DNA of 64,000 bases from NCBI RefSeq assembly GCF_009914755.1, contig NC_060946.1; one strand, written 5' to 3'. The position numbers and the translations under genes are program-made. A model generated the notes under the pieces. It was not told the origin of the DNA. It saw only the letters and a program-made list of their open reading frames with translations, and made no database searches. Every line of letters begins with the position of its first letter. Position 1 is the first letter of the stretch. Positions 37,389 to 64,000 of this stretch are shown here, in pieces. Source of the stretch: the human T2T-CHM13v2.0 reference genome, Homo sapiens.

Positions 37389-38030
37389 GGCCAGGTGCAG
37401 TAGCTCAGGCACGTAATCCCAACACTTTGAGAGGCTGAGGAGGGTGGATCACTTGAGCCCAGGAGTTCCAGACCAGCCTGGACAACATGGCAAGACTCCT
37501 GTCTCTACAAAAACTACAAAAATTAGCTGGGTATGGTGGTGCACACCTGCGGTCCCAGCTACTCGGGAAGCTGAGGCCGGAGGATCGCCTGAATCCAGGA
37601 GGTAGAGGCTGCAGTGAACCAAGTTCAAGACACTGCACTCCAGCCTGAACAGAGCGAGACCCCTGTCTCAAAAAAGTAAAATTAAAAATGGGGCCCGGCG
37701 CAGTGGCTCACGCCTGTAATTTCAACACTTTGGGAGGTGGAGGCGGGAGGATCGTTTGAGGTTGGGAGTTCGAGACCAGCCTGGCCAACATGGTGAAACC
37801 CGGTCTCCACTAAAAATACAAAACTTAGCCGGGCTTGGCGGCGCACGTCTGTAATCCCATCTACTATGAAGGCTGAGGTGGGAGGATCGCTTGAACTCGG
37901 GAGGTTGAAGCTGCAGTAAGCCGAGATCGCGCCACTGCACTCCAGCCTGGGCGACAGCGCGAGACTCCGTCTCAAAATAAATAAATAAATACATACATAC
38001 ATAAAGTAAAATAATGAATAAATAAAATAA
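37389..38030 (+). mobile_element. Two tandem Alus with a (TAAA)n tail abutting the CpG island
   Basis: Alu consensus on the + strand. Confidence 0.85.
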
Positions 38031-38059
38031 GAAATGGGGAAATGGATCAGCAAGAAAGT

Positions 38060-38790
38060 GCCCGCCCCAGGCATGGGTGCCGTGCGGGACGGGGACGCGG
38101 CCCAGCCGGGAATCGGGGTGCCCAGGGTGCGATGTGCGAGGGGCTCCTGAGCGCGTGTGCTCCGCCCGACCCCGCCCTGTCCCCCCGACACACAGGTGGA
38201 CCCAGGGTCAGCTCGTGCACCTGGGAAATGGCTCCCGCCGGGTAGCAGGGGCGGAGGGGCGGGGCTGGGCGGAGGGGCGGGGGGGCGGGGCCTGCCCGGG
38301 AGCCACGTCCGGGGAGGGGCCAGGTGAGCGGCAGACCCGGCACGCAGGTGGGGGCCGGCGGGGTCCGTGGCCAGGTAAGGCGGGCGGCGGCGGGAGGGAG
38401 CGCGCAGGGAGGAGGCCGTGCTCGGGGTGGGGGGGTGCGCCGCGGGGGCTCCCAGGGCGTGTACGGGGACAAGGGGCCGCTGGCCGGGTAGGGACGCCCA
38501 GGCGGGCGCGACGCCACGTGCGGCCGGGGGGAGACCCTCCGGCCGGCGCGCAGCCTCCGGGTCCCCTGTGGGTTCTAGACTCCCTCTCCCTTCACCTCCT
38601 TTCTTTCCCGCCCCCCCACACTCCCCTCCTCTGCTTTTTCCCCTGTCCTGTTCCTTCTCACCCCGCACCGCCTTCCCCGCCCTCGCCTCTCTCAGCCTGC
38701 GTTTTGGTCTGGTCTGGCCGGACGGTGTCAGCTCAAATGTTCCTTTTTTGCTTCCGTCCTGGGGTCTCAGGTTAGGTCGGGTCAGCGCCT
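38060..38790 (+). promoter_or_regulatory. ARHGAP8: CpG-island promoter of ARHGAP8 with clustered Sp/KLF GC boxes
   Basis: Very high GC and CpG density, several GGGGCGG boxes at 38248-38290 and no TATA box. Gene identity is from the known PRR5-ARHGAP8 gene order; no ARHGAP8 coding sequence is in the window. Confidence 0.8.
38290..38374 (+). other. ARHGAP8: ARHGAP8 non-coding first exon (5' end approximate)
   Basis: Directly downstream of the GC boxes and ends at a strong donor GGCCAG|gtaagg (intron from 38375). A second donor CAG|gtgagc is at 38323/38324. Confidence 0.7.
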
Positions 38791-38972
38791 GGGGGAGGCA
38801 CCTCCCCCGCCCCCACACACCCCAAACCTACAAGGTGGGTGAGGTCATTCCCGTTTCATAGATGAGAAAACGGAGGCCGGGGCAGGTGCTGCGCTGATTC
38901 AAACTCAGGGGGTGGGGGGCTGGCCGGTTCAACACACAGCGGTGGAACCCCCCGGGAGTTAAAAGCAGAAAC

Positions 38973-44334
<5,362 letters not shown>

Positions 44335-46966
44335 TCACTTACTTTGTGCAGGGCTGTGCGTTCCAGGTAGTGGGGAGGGGGGGAACATAGCGTGTGCAAA
44401 GGCCGTGAGGTGGCAGTGGGGGGTGTATTTGAGGGGCAGCCGGGAGGCCGGTGTGCCAGGGCAAAGGCAGTGGGGTGGGAGTGAATGACATGAGCTCTGG
44501 AGGGCAGCAGGTCCAAACCACAGGCTCTTTCAGGCTTGTGCAGGGGTTTGAATGTTATTCCAAGAATGACAGGAAGCCCTTGACAGAGGGTTGTCATGGA
44601 AGGTGTTGAATAGGCAGTTTGGATATTCAAGTTTGAGTTGGGAGAGAGGTCGGTCCTGAGATCTGGGTTTAGGAGTGGAGGACACGGATTTACCATTTTT
44701 TTAGGCGGGAGAAGAGAAAGCCCAGTGTGAACCCAGCAGGCACAAGTGTGGATGGTAGGGATCATGGCAGAGGCCCCAGCTGCATCCACTTCAGGGACAG
44801 CCTGGAATGGCAGAGAAAGAGGTGAACGAGGTGGATGGTGGGGTGACCCTGGAGTGTGGGTGGAACCAGGCCACGCTGGGCCTTGGATCCCGGGGTCTGT
44901 CCCAAGCCCTCTGCTTGTTCTTTTATTCAACAGACCTCCCAAGTCCCTGCTCGTGTCCCCAGCCCCGGGTTGGCTGAGTGCAGAGACTCAGACGTGAGTC
45001 AGACATGGCCCTGCTGTCAGGGCACACACAGTGATGGGTCAAGAAGAGCATACAGGTACATGGTGCAGACTGATGAGGGCTGTGATGGACCTGGGGGCTG
45101 CCAGAGCCCACAGGAAGCCCCTCTCCCAATCTGGGGTAGGCAGGGCACCTGGAGCATCAGGACGCTTTTGGCTGTAATTAACAGAAAACACAACTCTGAA
45201 CCGGCCCAAAGTCAAGGGGGGTGCATTAGCCCATGTAGCTGCAAAGGTCTGGGGATAGTATGGAGATCAGGTGTGGCTTGATCAGGGGTTAGCTATTCCC
45301 TTCATTCTCTGTGGGCTGCTGGGTCTGCAGAGGGGCGGCAAGTTGGCTGCAGCCCTCCGGGTCTCATCTGCATACCCAGCTGCGCAGAGACTCTCACAGT
45401 GGTTCTGTCTTGAGAAACAGGATCTTCTGTCTCAGAAGTATCCTGGAGCCTCAGGGGCCTGAAGGGAGATGGTCAGGGAGATTGTCAGGGAGATTGCCTC
45501 GTGCTGATTAGCTCTGGCTTGGGTTTCTGAATTAACCTTTGAAAAGGGAGATATGATTACTCTTAGCCTAACTGGGCGGGCCCTGGGAGGCGGGACAGCC
45601 TCACCTCTTGCAGCTGGAGGGTGTGCAGGTGAGAGTTGCGCACCCGAATGATCACCTGGGTGCCCTTGCGCAGGGCAGCAGAGATGCTTGGTGTTCCCTA
45701 AAGGCTGTGTGAGGAGCCCTGAGTCTTGACCCACAGGAGAGGGGGTGACCCCAGCAGCCCTTTAGAGACACCCTTGCCCTTTCAGGGTGCTGAAGGTTTC
45801 CTGCGGTTTGTGGGCAGGCCTCTGACAAGGTCCTGATGCAGGTCACAGTCAGCTTGTTTGGACTTCGCTGCCGCCACCTTCGGGGGTCTCATGTATCTGC
45901 TACCTGGACAAATGGCCTTGCGCATGCCGTCTTGCCAGCGTTGGGGACCCAGTGGTGGTTGTGATGAAGACTGGGTAGTGAGGGTCTGTATTAACGAATT
46001 CATGCATAGCTGAGACAAAAGAGTGGAAGTTACTTTTTATGGGATGCCACTGGGGGACCCTGGAATCCCAGCTCAGTAGTGACCCCCATTCAGCCATGAG
46101 CAAGATCTCCTGCCCCCATCATTCCTGGACTTTCCCAGGAGTCGCTGGCCAGTGTCTGCCTCAGGTATGACTGTGTGCAAGCTTCTTTGTCTCTGGGTCT
46201 TGGAAGCTTAGGCCTGGGTGGCATCAAACTCATTGCCTCCTTCTCCCAAGAGCCCTTTATCAGAACACCCAGTTCCAAAACGAGAGCCTGCATTGTGCAA
46301 ATACCACAGCGAGCTCTTCCTCTGTATGCCCTGCACATCGGACTTGCCACTCAAATTAAGTTTGGTGCTAATTTGCCCGAGGTAAGTAGGTGTTAATTTG
46401 TAGCTACAGCATTAAGATAATTGCTGTGAGGGTCTATTTGTGTAATGTGCAAATATATTTTTACAGCAACAAACCATTTTGCTATGAATTATAAATAGAA
46501 CAGTTGGGTGATTTGAATTTTCCTTTGCATAACATCCACTCTGCCAGCATGCCTGTTCGGGTCCATGTCTAATGAGGGGCTGCAGCTGGCCCAGCCCCAC
46601 AGATGCTGATGGTGCCTCTGTGTCCTTGTCCCCGACCCTGGGGGGGATCCGAGAGAAAGGGCTTGTCAGGGAGGGTCGGGAGGGAGTTGAGGCATGTGCG
46701 GACTCACATGCAGGGCGAGGCAGGCTTTGGGGGATGGAGCTTCTGCTCTGAAGCCCACTGGCCAGGAGAAAGGGCCCACTTGTAATGTCTGGTTTATTTT
46801 CACTTCATTTTGATGATTACGAAGGACCTGCATGTACCAGGCCCTGTACTAGGCACCACGGATACTGTTTGAGCAAATCCAGGCATGGGCTTGGTCCTCG
46901 TGAAACTTTGATCTGCTAAGGGAGGCCCATGTTAACATTAGCAAAAGGATCACGGAAATAAGTGCC

Positions 46967-47367
46967 ATCAGCCCTCCGTATTGGTGGCCTCTGTATTCGT
47001 GGGCTCTGCATCCGTGGCCTCTGTAACCGTGGACTCTGTATCCATGGGCTCCATATTATGGGTTCCTCATCTGTGGATTCAACCAACCGCGGATTTAGTG
47101 TATTGGGAAAAGAAAATAAATGGTTGTGTGTACTGAATTTATACAGACTTTTCTCCTTATTCCCTAAACAACACAATGTAAGAACTATTTACAGGCATTT
47201 ACATTGTGTTAAGTGTTACAGGTAATCTAGAGATGATTTAAAGCATACAGAAGGATATGCATAAGTTATATGCAAATACTACACCATATTTCAGCAGGGG
47301 CTTGAGCATCTGTGGATTTTGGTATCTGCCAGGAGTCCTGGAATGAATTCCCCAAGGGACGTCTGTA
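46967..47367 (-). mobile_element. MER2-like Tigger MITE with a tandemly amplified end
   Basis: Text ggattcaaccaaccgcggat...gtaatctagagatgatttaaag...cttgagcatctgtggattttggtatc matches recalled MER2 consensus. Confidence 0.75.
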
Positions 47368-47461
47368 AACTTGCACCTGGTTGAGAGCTATGAGTAATGG
47401 ATACAGGGAGCTAAGAGTATATGGAGAGGGGCCTGCCATGCTCCTGTTTGGAAAGAGAGAA

Positions 47462-47834
47462 TATGTTAGTCAATTTTTACGCCGCTGATAAAGACACACC
47501 CGAGACTGGGTAATTTATAAAGGAAAGAGGTTTAATTGACTTACAGTTCCATGTGGCTGGGGAGGCTTCACAATCATGGTGGAAGTGAAGGAAGAGCAAA
47601 GGAACATCTTACATGGTGGCCAGCAAAGACAGAGTGAGAACCAAGCAAAAGGGGTTTCCCCTTATAAAACCATCAGATCTCATGAGACTTATTCACTACC
47701 ATGAGAACAGTGTGGGGGAACCCCCCCCAACTCATAATTCAGTTACCTCCCACCAGGTCCCTCCCATAATGTGAGAATTATGGGAGCTACAATTCAAGAT
47801 GAGATTTGGGTGGGAACACAGCCAAACCATATCA
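47462..47834 (-). mobile_element. THE1 (MaLR) solo LTR
   Basis: Ends cagccaaaccatatca (TGATATGGTTTGGCTG on the minus strand); 5-bp TSD gagaa on both sides. Confidence 0.85.
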
Positions 47835-49865
<2,031 letters not shown>

Positions 49866-52143
49866 ATGATTTTCACTGCTATAAGTTATCCACAGCTTGC
49901 AGAGTTGTAAAACAACTCCCGAAGAGTCAGAGTCAGAGAACCTGGAGGAGCGTTCTCTGGTCTTCATGATGCAAGCGTGTTCTGTTGAGGCCCACATTTG
50001 TCACTACAATTACAGGGAAGCCCCTGCAGGGACTGGTAGCAAATGCTGGAAAAATGGATTTGTGGCATGAGATCTAAATAATAGTTCAAGACAACCGATG
50101 AGGAAGAGGACAGGGGTCCCATGGCAAAGACAGGCCTGAGAGTGACAGCCACGTCCTGGTGCCATACAGAGCAGCCCCTCGAAAGGCAGGAAAGGGTCGG
50201 CTGCGGTGGTCCGGGGTGGTGGCGCGTGCGACGGTGGTTCTTCCTGCTCACGTTCCTTCATGTGTTTGACATTCCCTGCATGTTCTGAGTCATGCAGGTT
50301 CTCTGCTGGAGCCGAGAGACCTGGGCTGCAGACGCAGCTCTCTGCCAACTTGCTGTGTGCCTTTGGGCAAGCCCTCACCCTCTCTGGGCCTCTGTGTTCC
50401 TCCTTTACAGTGTCAGTTGACGACACAAGATGCTCGCTGGGGTGGTCCTGGTGCCACTCTCTGGAATTCTGGCAGTTCACGGGAAAGAGAAACCTGAGTG
50501 TGCGGAAAAGTCCTGCGTCAGTCAGTGTTCTCCAGGCCAACAGAATCAATAGCAGTTACGTGTGCGCATTACGTGTCCCTGCGAGAGGGAGCTGAGAGTG
50601 CTGTCAACTGTAGGACTGAGAGAGGGGAGAGGGGCTCCCGGGGCTCACCCTGGCACACTCCCCTCCTGGCTGTTGCTACACAAGGCCCGGATTATGTGGT
50701 GCTCACATTGAGTGAGGAAACTTCAAAACAAATCATCCCATCAGTGGTTTTTGAGGTAGGGGAAGGGGTGAAAGGCTTTGTCCTTGTTTGGATGATGCAG
50801 AGGCTGGAGGAAAAAACAAAGCCTTCTTGGCTTCAGAGGTGCTGGGCTCTGGGCAGGCTCCTCAGCCCTGTGACCTGAGAGTGGCCCTGGGGCCACAGCT
50901 GGCCCGGGGCCTGCACTGGGGTTTGCATGTGACAGGGAAGAGGAAGAGACCCAGGGCCGTTTTGGCTGTTCCGTCTCGTGTCACTGTCTCCTGCAAGGCT
51001 TTGAAGCAAGAATGCTGTAGCTGTGTCCCTGTGCCCTGGGAGGGGTGCATACCTCAGGAGGTGCCCCTGCATTGCCAGGGAGGGGGATGTGTCCAGGTGG
51101 GACCTGGTGCCCCCAGAAGTTTGCTTCCCAGCTGTTTGCTTGGCTTGTAACAGGTTTGTCACGGAGGCTGTGTCGCTAGTGAGGGCCGGGTTTCCTGGCC
51201 AGCCCACAAGGGGGGTGTAATCGGGACCCTAGGGGCCCTGGGGAGGGGTGGGACAGAGCTGGAGGGGCCTAGAGCCTGGGCTGCAGTGAGGTCCAAGTGG
51301 TGGGAGTGAGGACAGGTCGGGTCTGTCCCCGGCTGGAAGCTGCCCTCCTCCCATCATCAAGCATCGGGACCCCCTCCTGCCTGTCATGAGGTTTGAGTGG
51401 CATGACAGGGTGGCAGGGAGTCCCCCCGGGCCAAGGACAGGAGCAGCCCTCGTCACCTCTGCATCTGGAAGCCAGGGCTTGTTGGGCGGCCAAGGGACAC
51501 ATGACCAGCATGTGCCAAGTTCTCAGCTCGCCAGGCGGCCCTTCTTCCTGACCAGCTGCCTGCGGTTTGGCCGGAGCTGTGGGTGTAGATGATTGAGTTT
51601 CTTTTCTCACTTTGCCAGCAGGCAAGGGGCAGCTCCCCGAAGGGTGTGAACACAGGGTCCCAGCCTGGGTCTCGCTCCTGTGCCCCTCTCCAGGCCCTAG
51701 CAAGCTGCTCCCTGGCGCAGGGAGGACTGGGAAGAGGCACTGGGGCTCCGCCTGGAGAAGGCAGGCCCAGGGGCCTCGGCTGGGACACGCTGGGCCTCCC
51801 CTGCCTGGCACCCGGGGTCCTGCACCCTGCCAGGGAGGCCAACCTGATCCTGGGTCTGCATGCGAGGCCCTGCCAGCTGGCTCCACCACCTCCACCCATC
51901 TGCCTCCTGCCCTCAGAAGCCGTGGTCTGGTCTCCGGGATCAGGTGATTGTGGAAAAACAGAGGACCAAAGCCCGGGGAGGCTGTGGGGCGGGGCTGGCA
52001 GCAGGTCATGTACCTGGTGTGAGAGGTTGTGCGTCCCTGGAGGGTGCTCTGGAATCAGTTGTCTATACTGGAGGAGGAAGGAGTGTCCTTGAGGAACTTG
52101 CTGGAGTCTGACGGCCCAGAACTGCAGGTGCGGAGGAGTCAGA

Positions 52144-52353
52144 GTGTGTGTGGGCACGTGTGTGTGTGCATGTCTGTGCACACGTGTGTCTTTGTGCATA
52201 TGTGTGTCTCTGTGTACGTGTCTCTGTGCATATGTGTGTCTCTGTGTACGTGTGTCTCTGTGCATGTCTGTGTGCGTGTGTCTGTAGGCATGTGTGTCTG
52301 CATGTGGGCATGCGTGTCTGGGTGCATGTATGTGCATGTGTGTCTCTGTGTGT
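52144..52353. repeat. TG-rich low-complexity repeat
   Basis: gtgtgtctctgtgcatatg-type units. Confidence 0.9.
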
Positions 52354-53520
52354 AAGATATGTGGAAAGTACGCACATGATTCCAAGACCCCGCCTGCCTG
52401 TCTTCCTGGGGACCCTTCCGGGGGCTCTCTCTGGGGGTCTTTGCTGCCCTTTCTTCCTTCCTCTCCCCAGTCCTGGGCTCTGGCAATGCTCTGGAATCCC
52501 TCAGGTGCTTGGCACCAAGTCGGTGAGTAGTGGGGCAGGGTTCTTGCTCCATCTCACAGCCCAGAGAGAGCAAAACTCCTGGCCAAGGCCACACAGCAGT
52601 CTGGCAGCAGAATGCAGCCTGAGGGAGCAGATGACAGGGGCTTTGGGGAGGCCTTGGGGTGGGGGTGGGGCTGCCGCAGGTGGAGTGAGGAGGCTGGTTG
52701 AAAATGGATATCAAGTCTGGGAAAATGGCCACTGCTTGGCTCCAAAACCAAAAAGTCTGGGCTTACCTGTGTCAAGGTAAAAGAAAATGCAGAGCCGGGA
52801 GTTACAGGAGCCATCCTCAGGCTGGTTTGCTGTGTGACCTTGAATAAGTGTCTGCCCTTGAACAAATGTCTGTAACTTCACCGGCCTTTGTTTGATTCTC
52901 TGATAAGTGGGGAAGTTGGATGTATCACGGTAATGGAGCTGTGGAAGGGTTTCCTTCCTTCTCTGCTCCCTCCCTCCTTCCCGCTTTCCCGTGACTACAG
53001 AAACATTTCAGAAATATTGCTGAGAACACACATACACTCCTTATCTTGATTCAGAAGTTGGTATTGTTCATTTCGGATGCTCTTTCTCCCCCTCTCTCTC
53101 TCTCTTTTAGCTGAACTATTGGAGAGTAAGCTGCAGACCCCCAGCAGTCCCTGCTGAACATGTTAGCTGCCCCTCCTGAACAGAAAGATATTCTCCCGTA
53201 TAGCCTGATACCATTATCACACTAAGAAAATTACCAGCAATTCCTTAATGTGATCGACTATGCAGGCCACATTCAAATCCCGCAGTTGTCCCCAGAATGG
53301 TTGCAGCACTCTTTTATAAACCAGAACCCACCGAGGCTCCCACGCTGCCTTTAACTGTTGTGTCTCTTTAGCTTCTTTCCTTTGGAAAACAACCCCCTAC
53401 CACCTCCCTCCTTTTAAAAACTGACATCCCAGCCTGGCCAACATGGTGAAACCGCGTTTTTACTAAAAATAAAAAAATTAGCCGGGCGCAGAGGTGCGTG
53501 CCTGTAATCCCAGGTACTCA

Positions 53521-53664
<144 letters not shown>

Positions 53665-53693
53665 TTAAAGCAACCAGGCCAATTGTCCTGTAG

Positions 53694-54032
<339 letters not shown>

Positions 54033-54533
54033 TGAGCCACCGCGTGCGGCCTCATTTCTTTTTTTGTTGTTTTTGAGACAGCGTCTCACTCTTTCACCCA
54101 GGCTGAAGGGCAGTGGCGCAATCAGCCTCAGCTGCAGCCTCAACCTCCTGGGCTCAAGCAATCCTCCCACCTCAGCCTCCTGAGTAGCTGAGACTACAGG
54201 TGCACACCACCACACTTGGCTAATTTTTTTTTTTTTTTTATCTTGTAGAGACAGGGGTCTTGCTTCATTACCCAGGCTGGTCTCTAACTCCTGGGGTCCA
54301 GCACTTCTCCCGCCTCAGCCTCCCAAAGCACTGGGATTTTGGGCATGAGCCACCGCACCTGTTCTTGATGTCTTTTCTCTTGTTCTTGGACCTAGGGGTA
54401 TTTCCTGTAAACCGAACATTAGCACCGAAGGCTTAATTAGATTCAGATGAAGCCTTTTGGGCAAGAGTTCCTTACAGCCCTGTGTCCTTCCTGTTGCAGG
54501 AAGGTATGACATCAGGTCGCCCTTCTGTCATGA

Positions 54534-54944
<411 letters not shown>

Positions 54945-55019
54945 TGAGCATCCTGTTCTCCATCATCTTTCACCTGAGGCTCCATCATCTGCCCACAATC
55001 TTGCCCTGAAACACTTCTC

Positions 55020-59090
<4,071 letters not shown>

Positions 59091-59504
59091 TGTAGATTTA
59101 GCTTCACCTTTGTATTTTAAGACATTTACTTTGTAAACTTTACTGTGTTCTGATTGGTGAATTGAAACATACATGCATTTATATAGTAATAACACCTTTC
59201 CCAAAAGACCCTAAATAGCTTGGTTTTTACTAATTACACTGTGTGTTAGCAGAATATTAACATACTTCACAGGACAGATGTTTTATGACACCAGGATGGT
59301 ATGGGATTTGTAAAACTATGTGAAATGTAGAATTTTTCTTTTTTCTCTCTTTTTTCTTGAGACAGGGTTTCATTCCTGTTGCCCAGGCTGGGATGCAATG
59401 ACATGATCTTGGCTCACTGCATCCTCCGCCTCCCAGACTCAAGTGATTCTCCTGCCTCAATCTCCCGAGTAGCTAGGACTAAAGGTGTACACCACCACAT
59501 GTAG

Positions 59505-59738
<234 letters not shown>

Positions 59739-60300
59739 TGACTGCATTATCTCGCTAAATCCTTATATTCTCTCTATGAGGAAGGTGCTGTTGTTGTCTA
59801 TATTTTATAAACTAAGAAATGGAGACACGGGTTGAGACAGGTGCCAAAGGCTCTCCAGGTAGTCTGGCTGCAGGATGCACACTCATTCTGCTCTAGGGTC
59901 TTAAATTTATGCCTTTCTAACTCCAAGTCTTATGCCTTTCCTTCAACACCAGGCTGGTTTTCAACAGTCACGGGGTTAAAGTTAAGGATGAACTGTTGAT
60001 AGAGATGGATTTTAGTCTTGGTGAAAGGAAGAACGTTTTAGCAGTCATTTCCGAGCCAAGATGTAGTGAACTTCCTGAGAAGGTAGTGAGTGTCCTATCA
60101 CTGCCGATGTCTGTGCCAAGGCTGACACAGCTGCAGTGATAGGACATTGTAGTTTGAATATAAGTTATCCAATCAACAACATCAACAAAAAAATGCCTTT
60201 ATAATTAGTGTCTTTATGGTAGCAGAGACTGTATGACATTTGACTATTTTCTTGTTTATTGGTATTTCTTTGGGAGATTTTTTTTTTTTTTTTTTTTTGA

Positions 60301-60951
<651 letters not shown>

Positions 60952-61193
60952 TAAACTGAAAGGAGAATGAGCACTCTGAATTTTTCATACTCAGCACCAG
61001 CGTTTTATGTACCATATGAGCTGGCCTGGGCCTATGGGTCAGCAGAGATGGCGAGAGTCTGGCTGCCTGGATATCAGCCTCTGGTGGACTTGGCTGCTTC
61101 TCCCCTCACGGCCTCCTGGGTGGTAGCTTGGCCATCTGCAGGCAGCCTTTCCCTGACCTGTGGACAACTCCAGCAGGGCTGTCATAACCCTGA

Positions 61194-61517
<324 letters not shown>

Positions 61518-61989
61518 TAAGGGAAATTTTTAGTACCTGAATTCTATTTTTTAGCACAAATCGTATCTCATTTTTAATCAGTTTATCTATATTATGTAGC
61601 TACTTAACATTCTGGAAAAATTAGCTTCCCTGGTAATAGAAGGACTCCTTCAGTCACCTAGATTGGCCCACATTTCCAAATTTGCTTGATGTTTCAACTC
61701 GAGCTTTGCCTCATTCAGAAACCAGTAGCCTTCCTGATTCTGGTCACTCATGGAGTGAGTCCTCCTCTCCCAGGTAAGTCAGAAGCGAGTGAGTCACCTC
61801 CAGATTTCAGGTCCCAGCTGCCAAGCTGTAGTCTAAAACTTCACGGCACTTCCCATCCCCTGAAGATGTCACAAGTACAAGCTGCTTCCAGAGGCTTCTG
61901 TAACCCTCATTAATATGTAGGCATCCAGCCAGGCGCAGTGGCTCACACCTGTAATCTCAGCACTTTTGGAGGCTGAGGCGGGTGGATCA

Positions 61990-62332
<343 letters not shown>

Positions 62333-63511
62333 TCATAAAACGCTGTCTTCTTAATAGGCTCCTGGAGTTCAGATTTTTCATTAATGTAAATGGGCCCTCC
62401 CTGTGTTGCCCTTTATTCTGAGTTACTGAGGCTTCACTTGCCGGTTCCCAGCACTGGGCACTCCGGGAGGATTTGGTAATTAACTGAAAGCCTTGCTTCA
62501 GCGGGTGGCGTCAGAGCAGAATTAATGGCGCTGCGCACTGTAGGTGGCCTGGTGGCGGGGGTAGGGGTGCATGGGAAGAGGTGTTTGCTGTTGCTTGTAA
62601 CTCACCCCTCCTTCCACTGGGAGCCTCTCCCTGTATCCCCCCTGCCTCAAGGCCCACTGTGCCCTGCCTGCTCTGTCCATCACCCTCGCTGTCTATGCAG
62701 CTTGGGACATGTCCCAAGCACCTGCTCCTCCTGCAATGCTGTTCCTGCTGTTTCTGGGACCGGCTTTTTGCCCTCAGGCTCCTGAGCTATTGTAGGTTCT
62801 AGAAGCCTCTGCTGACCTTCTCAGGCACTCCTCTGCTCAAGAACCTGCTGTGTCTCCCTAGCACGTGTTCCTCAAGTCTGAATTATTCCACTCCCGTAAC
62901 ACTCTGCTATTCTTCAACAGGCATACTCTACCACCTCCCGCTGGGCCCAGGCCTTCCCCTTGGCACAGTTGGAGCAGCCTCTGTTATGGTATGTGCCTGT
63001 CTCACGCTAGGGGCCAGGGCTGGGCTCAGACCCTGGCGGCTGACTCCCCATGTTGTGCTTAAACGTTCGTCTCAATTTTGAACATTTCTCCCAACACTTT
63101 TTAAATAAAATCCCTGAGCTCTTCTGCTTGGAGAAAGTCCTGGCAAATCATTCCCAACAATAAAATCTCATGATCAGAATGTAGTAGCACTTTTCTCACT
63201 AGCCAGGTAGGTTCATGTCATTAAAAGGTGGCTTTAAACACTTTTCTCTTGGCAGAAATTCAAAGACTTTCGCCCCTGAGCAGGGTCACTCTGTTGGGCC
63301 TGAAGTCTCCTCCCTACTGCTCGTTACCCATTTAACAGCTGCTGTCAGACACCCAGTGGCTTTACTTCTGCAGCTGCTTTTTTTTTTCTCCCTTCTGAAT
63401 TCTTAACTTGTATTTGAGCCCACCCAGTGGTGATTGTTTTGTTTTATTTTATTTAGTTAGTTGTTAATTTTGAGACAGAGTTTTGTTCTTGTCACCCAGG
63501 CTGGAGTGTAA

Positions 63512-63691
<180 letters not shown>

Positions 63692-63756
63692 TGATCCACC
63701 TGCCTCAGCCTCCCAAAGTGCTGGGATTACAGGCATGAGCCACTGTGCCTGGACTA

Positions 63757-63758
63757 TT

Positions 63759-63801
<43 letters not shown>

Positions 63802-64000
63802 TTTCCATAGGTTATTGGGGAACAGGTGGTGTGGCTACATGAGTACGTTCTTTAGTGTTGATTTGTGAGATTTGGGTGCACCCATCACCTGAGCAGTATA
63901 CATTGCATTCAATGTGTAGTCTTTTATCCCTCACCCCCTTCCCACCCTTTCCCTCTAAGTCCCCAAAGTCCATTGTGTTTTTCTTATGCCTTTGCATCCT
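63757..64000 (-). mobile_element. L1PB-like 3' end with a (TTTA)n tail, running off the window
   Basis: Text ggttattggggaacaggtggtg...gtgcacccatcacctgagcagtatac preceded by (TTTA)n. Confidence 0.75.

Noticed and set aside
37682-38861. 378-, 232- and 156-aa ORFs at the CpG island
   Set aside because: Stop-codon depletion of a CpG island, with one running into Alu sequence; they do not resemble the BCH/RhoGAP protein.
51269-52780. 246-, 310- and 210-aa ORFs
   Set aside because: GC-rich intron plus the TG repeat; no homology recognised.

Overview
Human (primate) genomic DNA, recognised from memory of the protein as the PRR5 / ARHGAP8 locus (chr22q13). The + strand carries seven coding exons of PRR5 (Protor-1, the Rictor-binding mTORC2 subunit) from 331 to the stop at 22975. 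All have canonical GT-AG junctions and splice into one 1033-nt open frame; the first coding exon lies upstream of the window, and AATAAA is at 23390. About 15 kb of intergenic DNA follows, then a CpG-island promoter with the non-coding first exon of ARHGAP8 (~38290-38374) and ~25 kb of its first intron. The rest is Alu, L1, LTR and DNA-transposon sequence plus tandem repeats. Almost all ORF-track entries are Alu, low-complexity or GC-rich artefacts. I cannot claim a new biological system. The best leads are: (i) inverted Alus bracketing a 291-nt, stop-free exon 4-6 cassette with an internal good-context ATG (candidate endless-ORF circRNA); (ii) a perfect 16-bp palindrome containing the CLEAR/TFEB element in a CpG-rich intronic patch of this mTORC2 gene; (iii) a MER41-type LTR with intact tandem GAS sites ~4.6 kb upstream of ARHGAP8; (iv) a modular 38+17n minisatellite; and (v) several local template-switch or templated-insertion scars. 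Repeat family names come from recalled consensus sequences and repeat boundaries are approximate.
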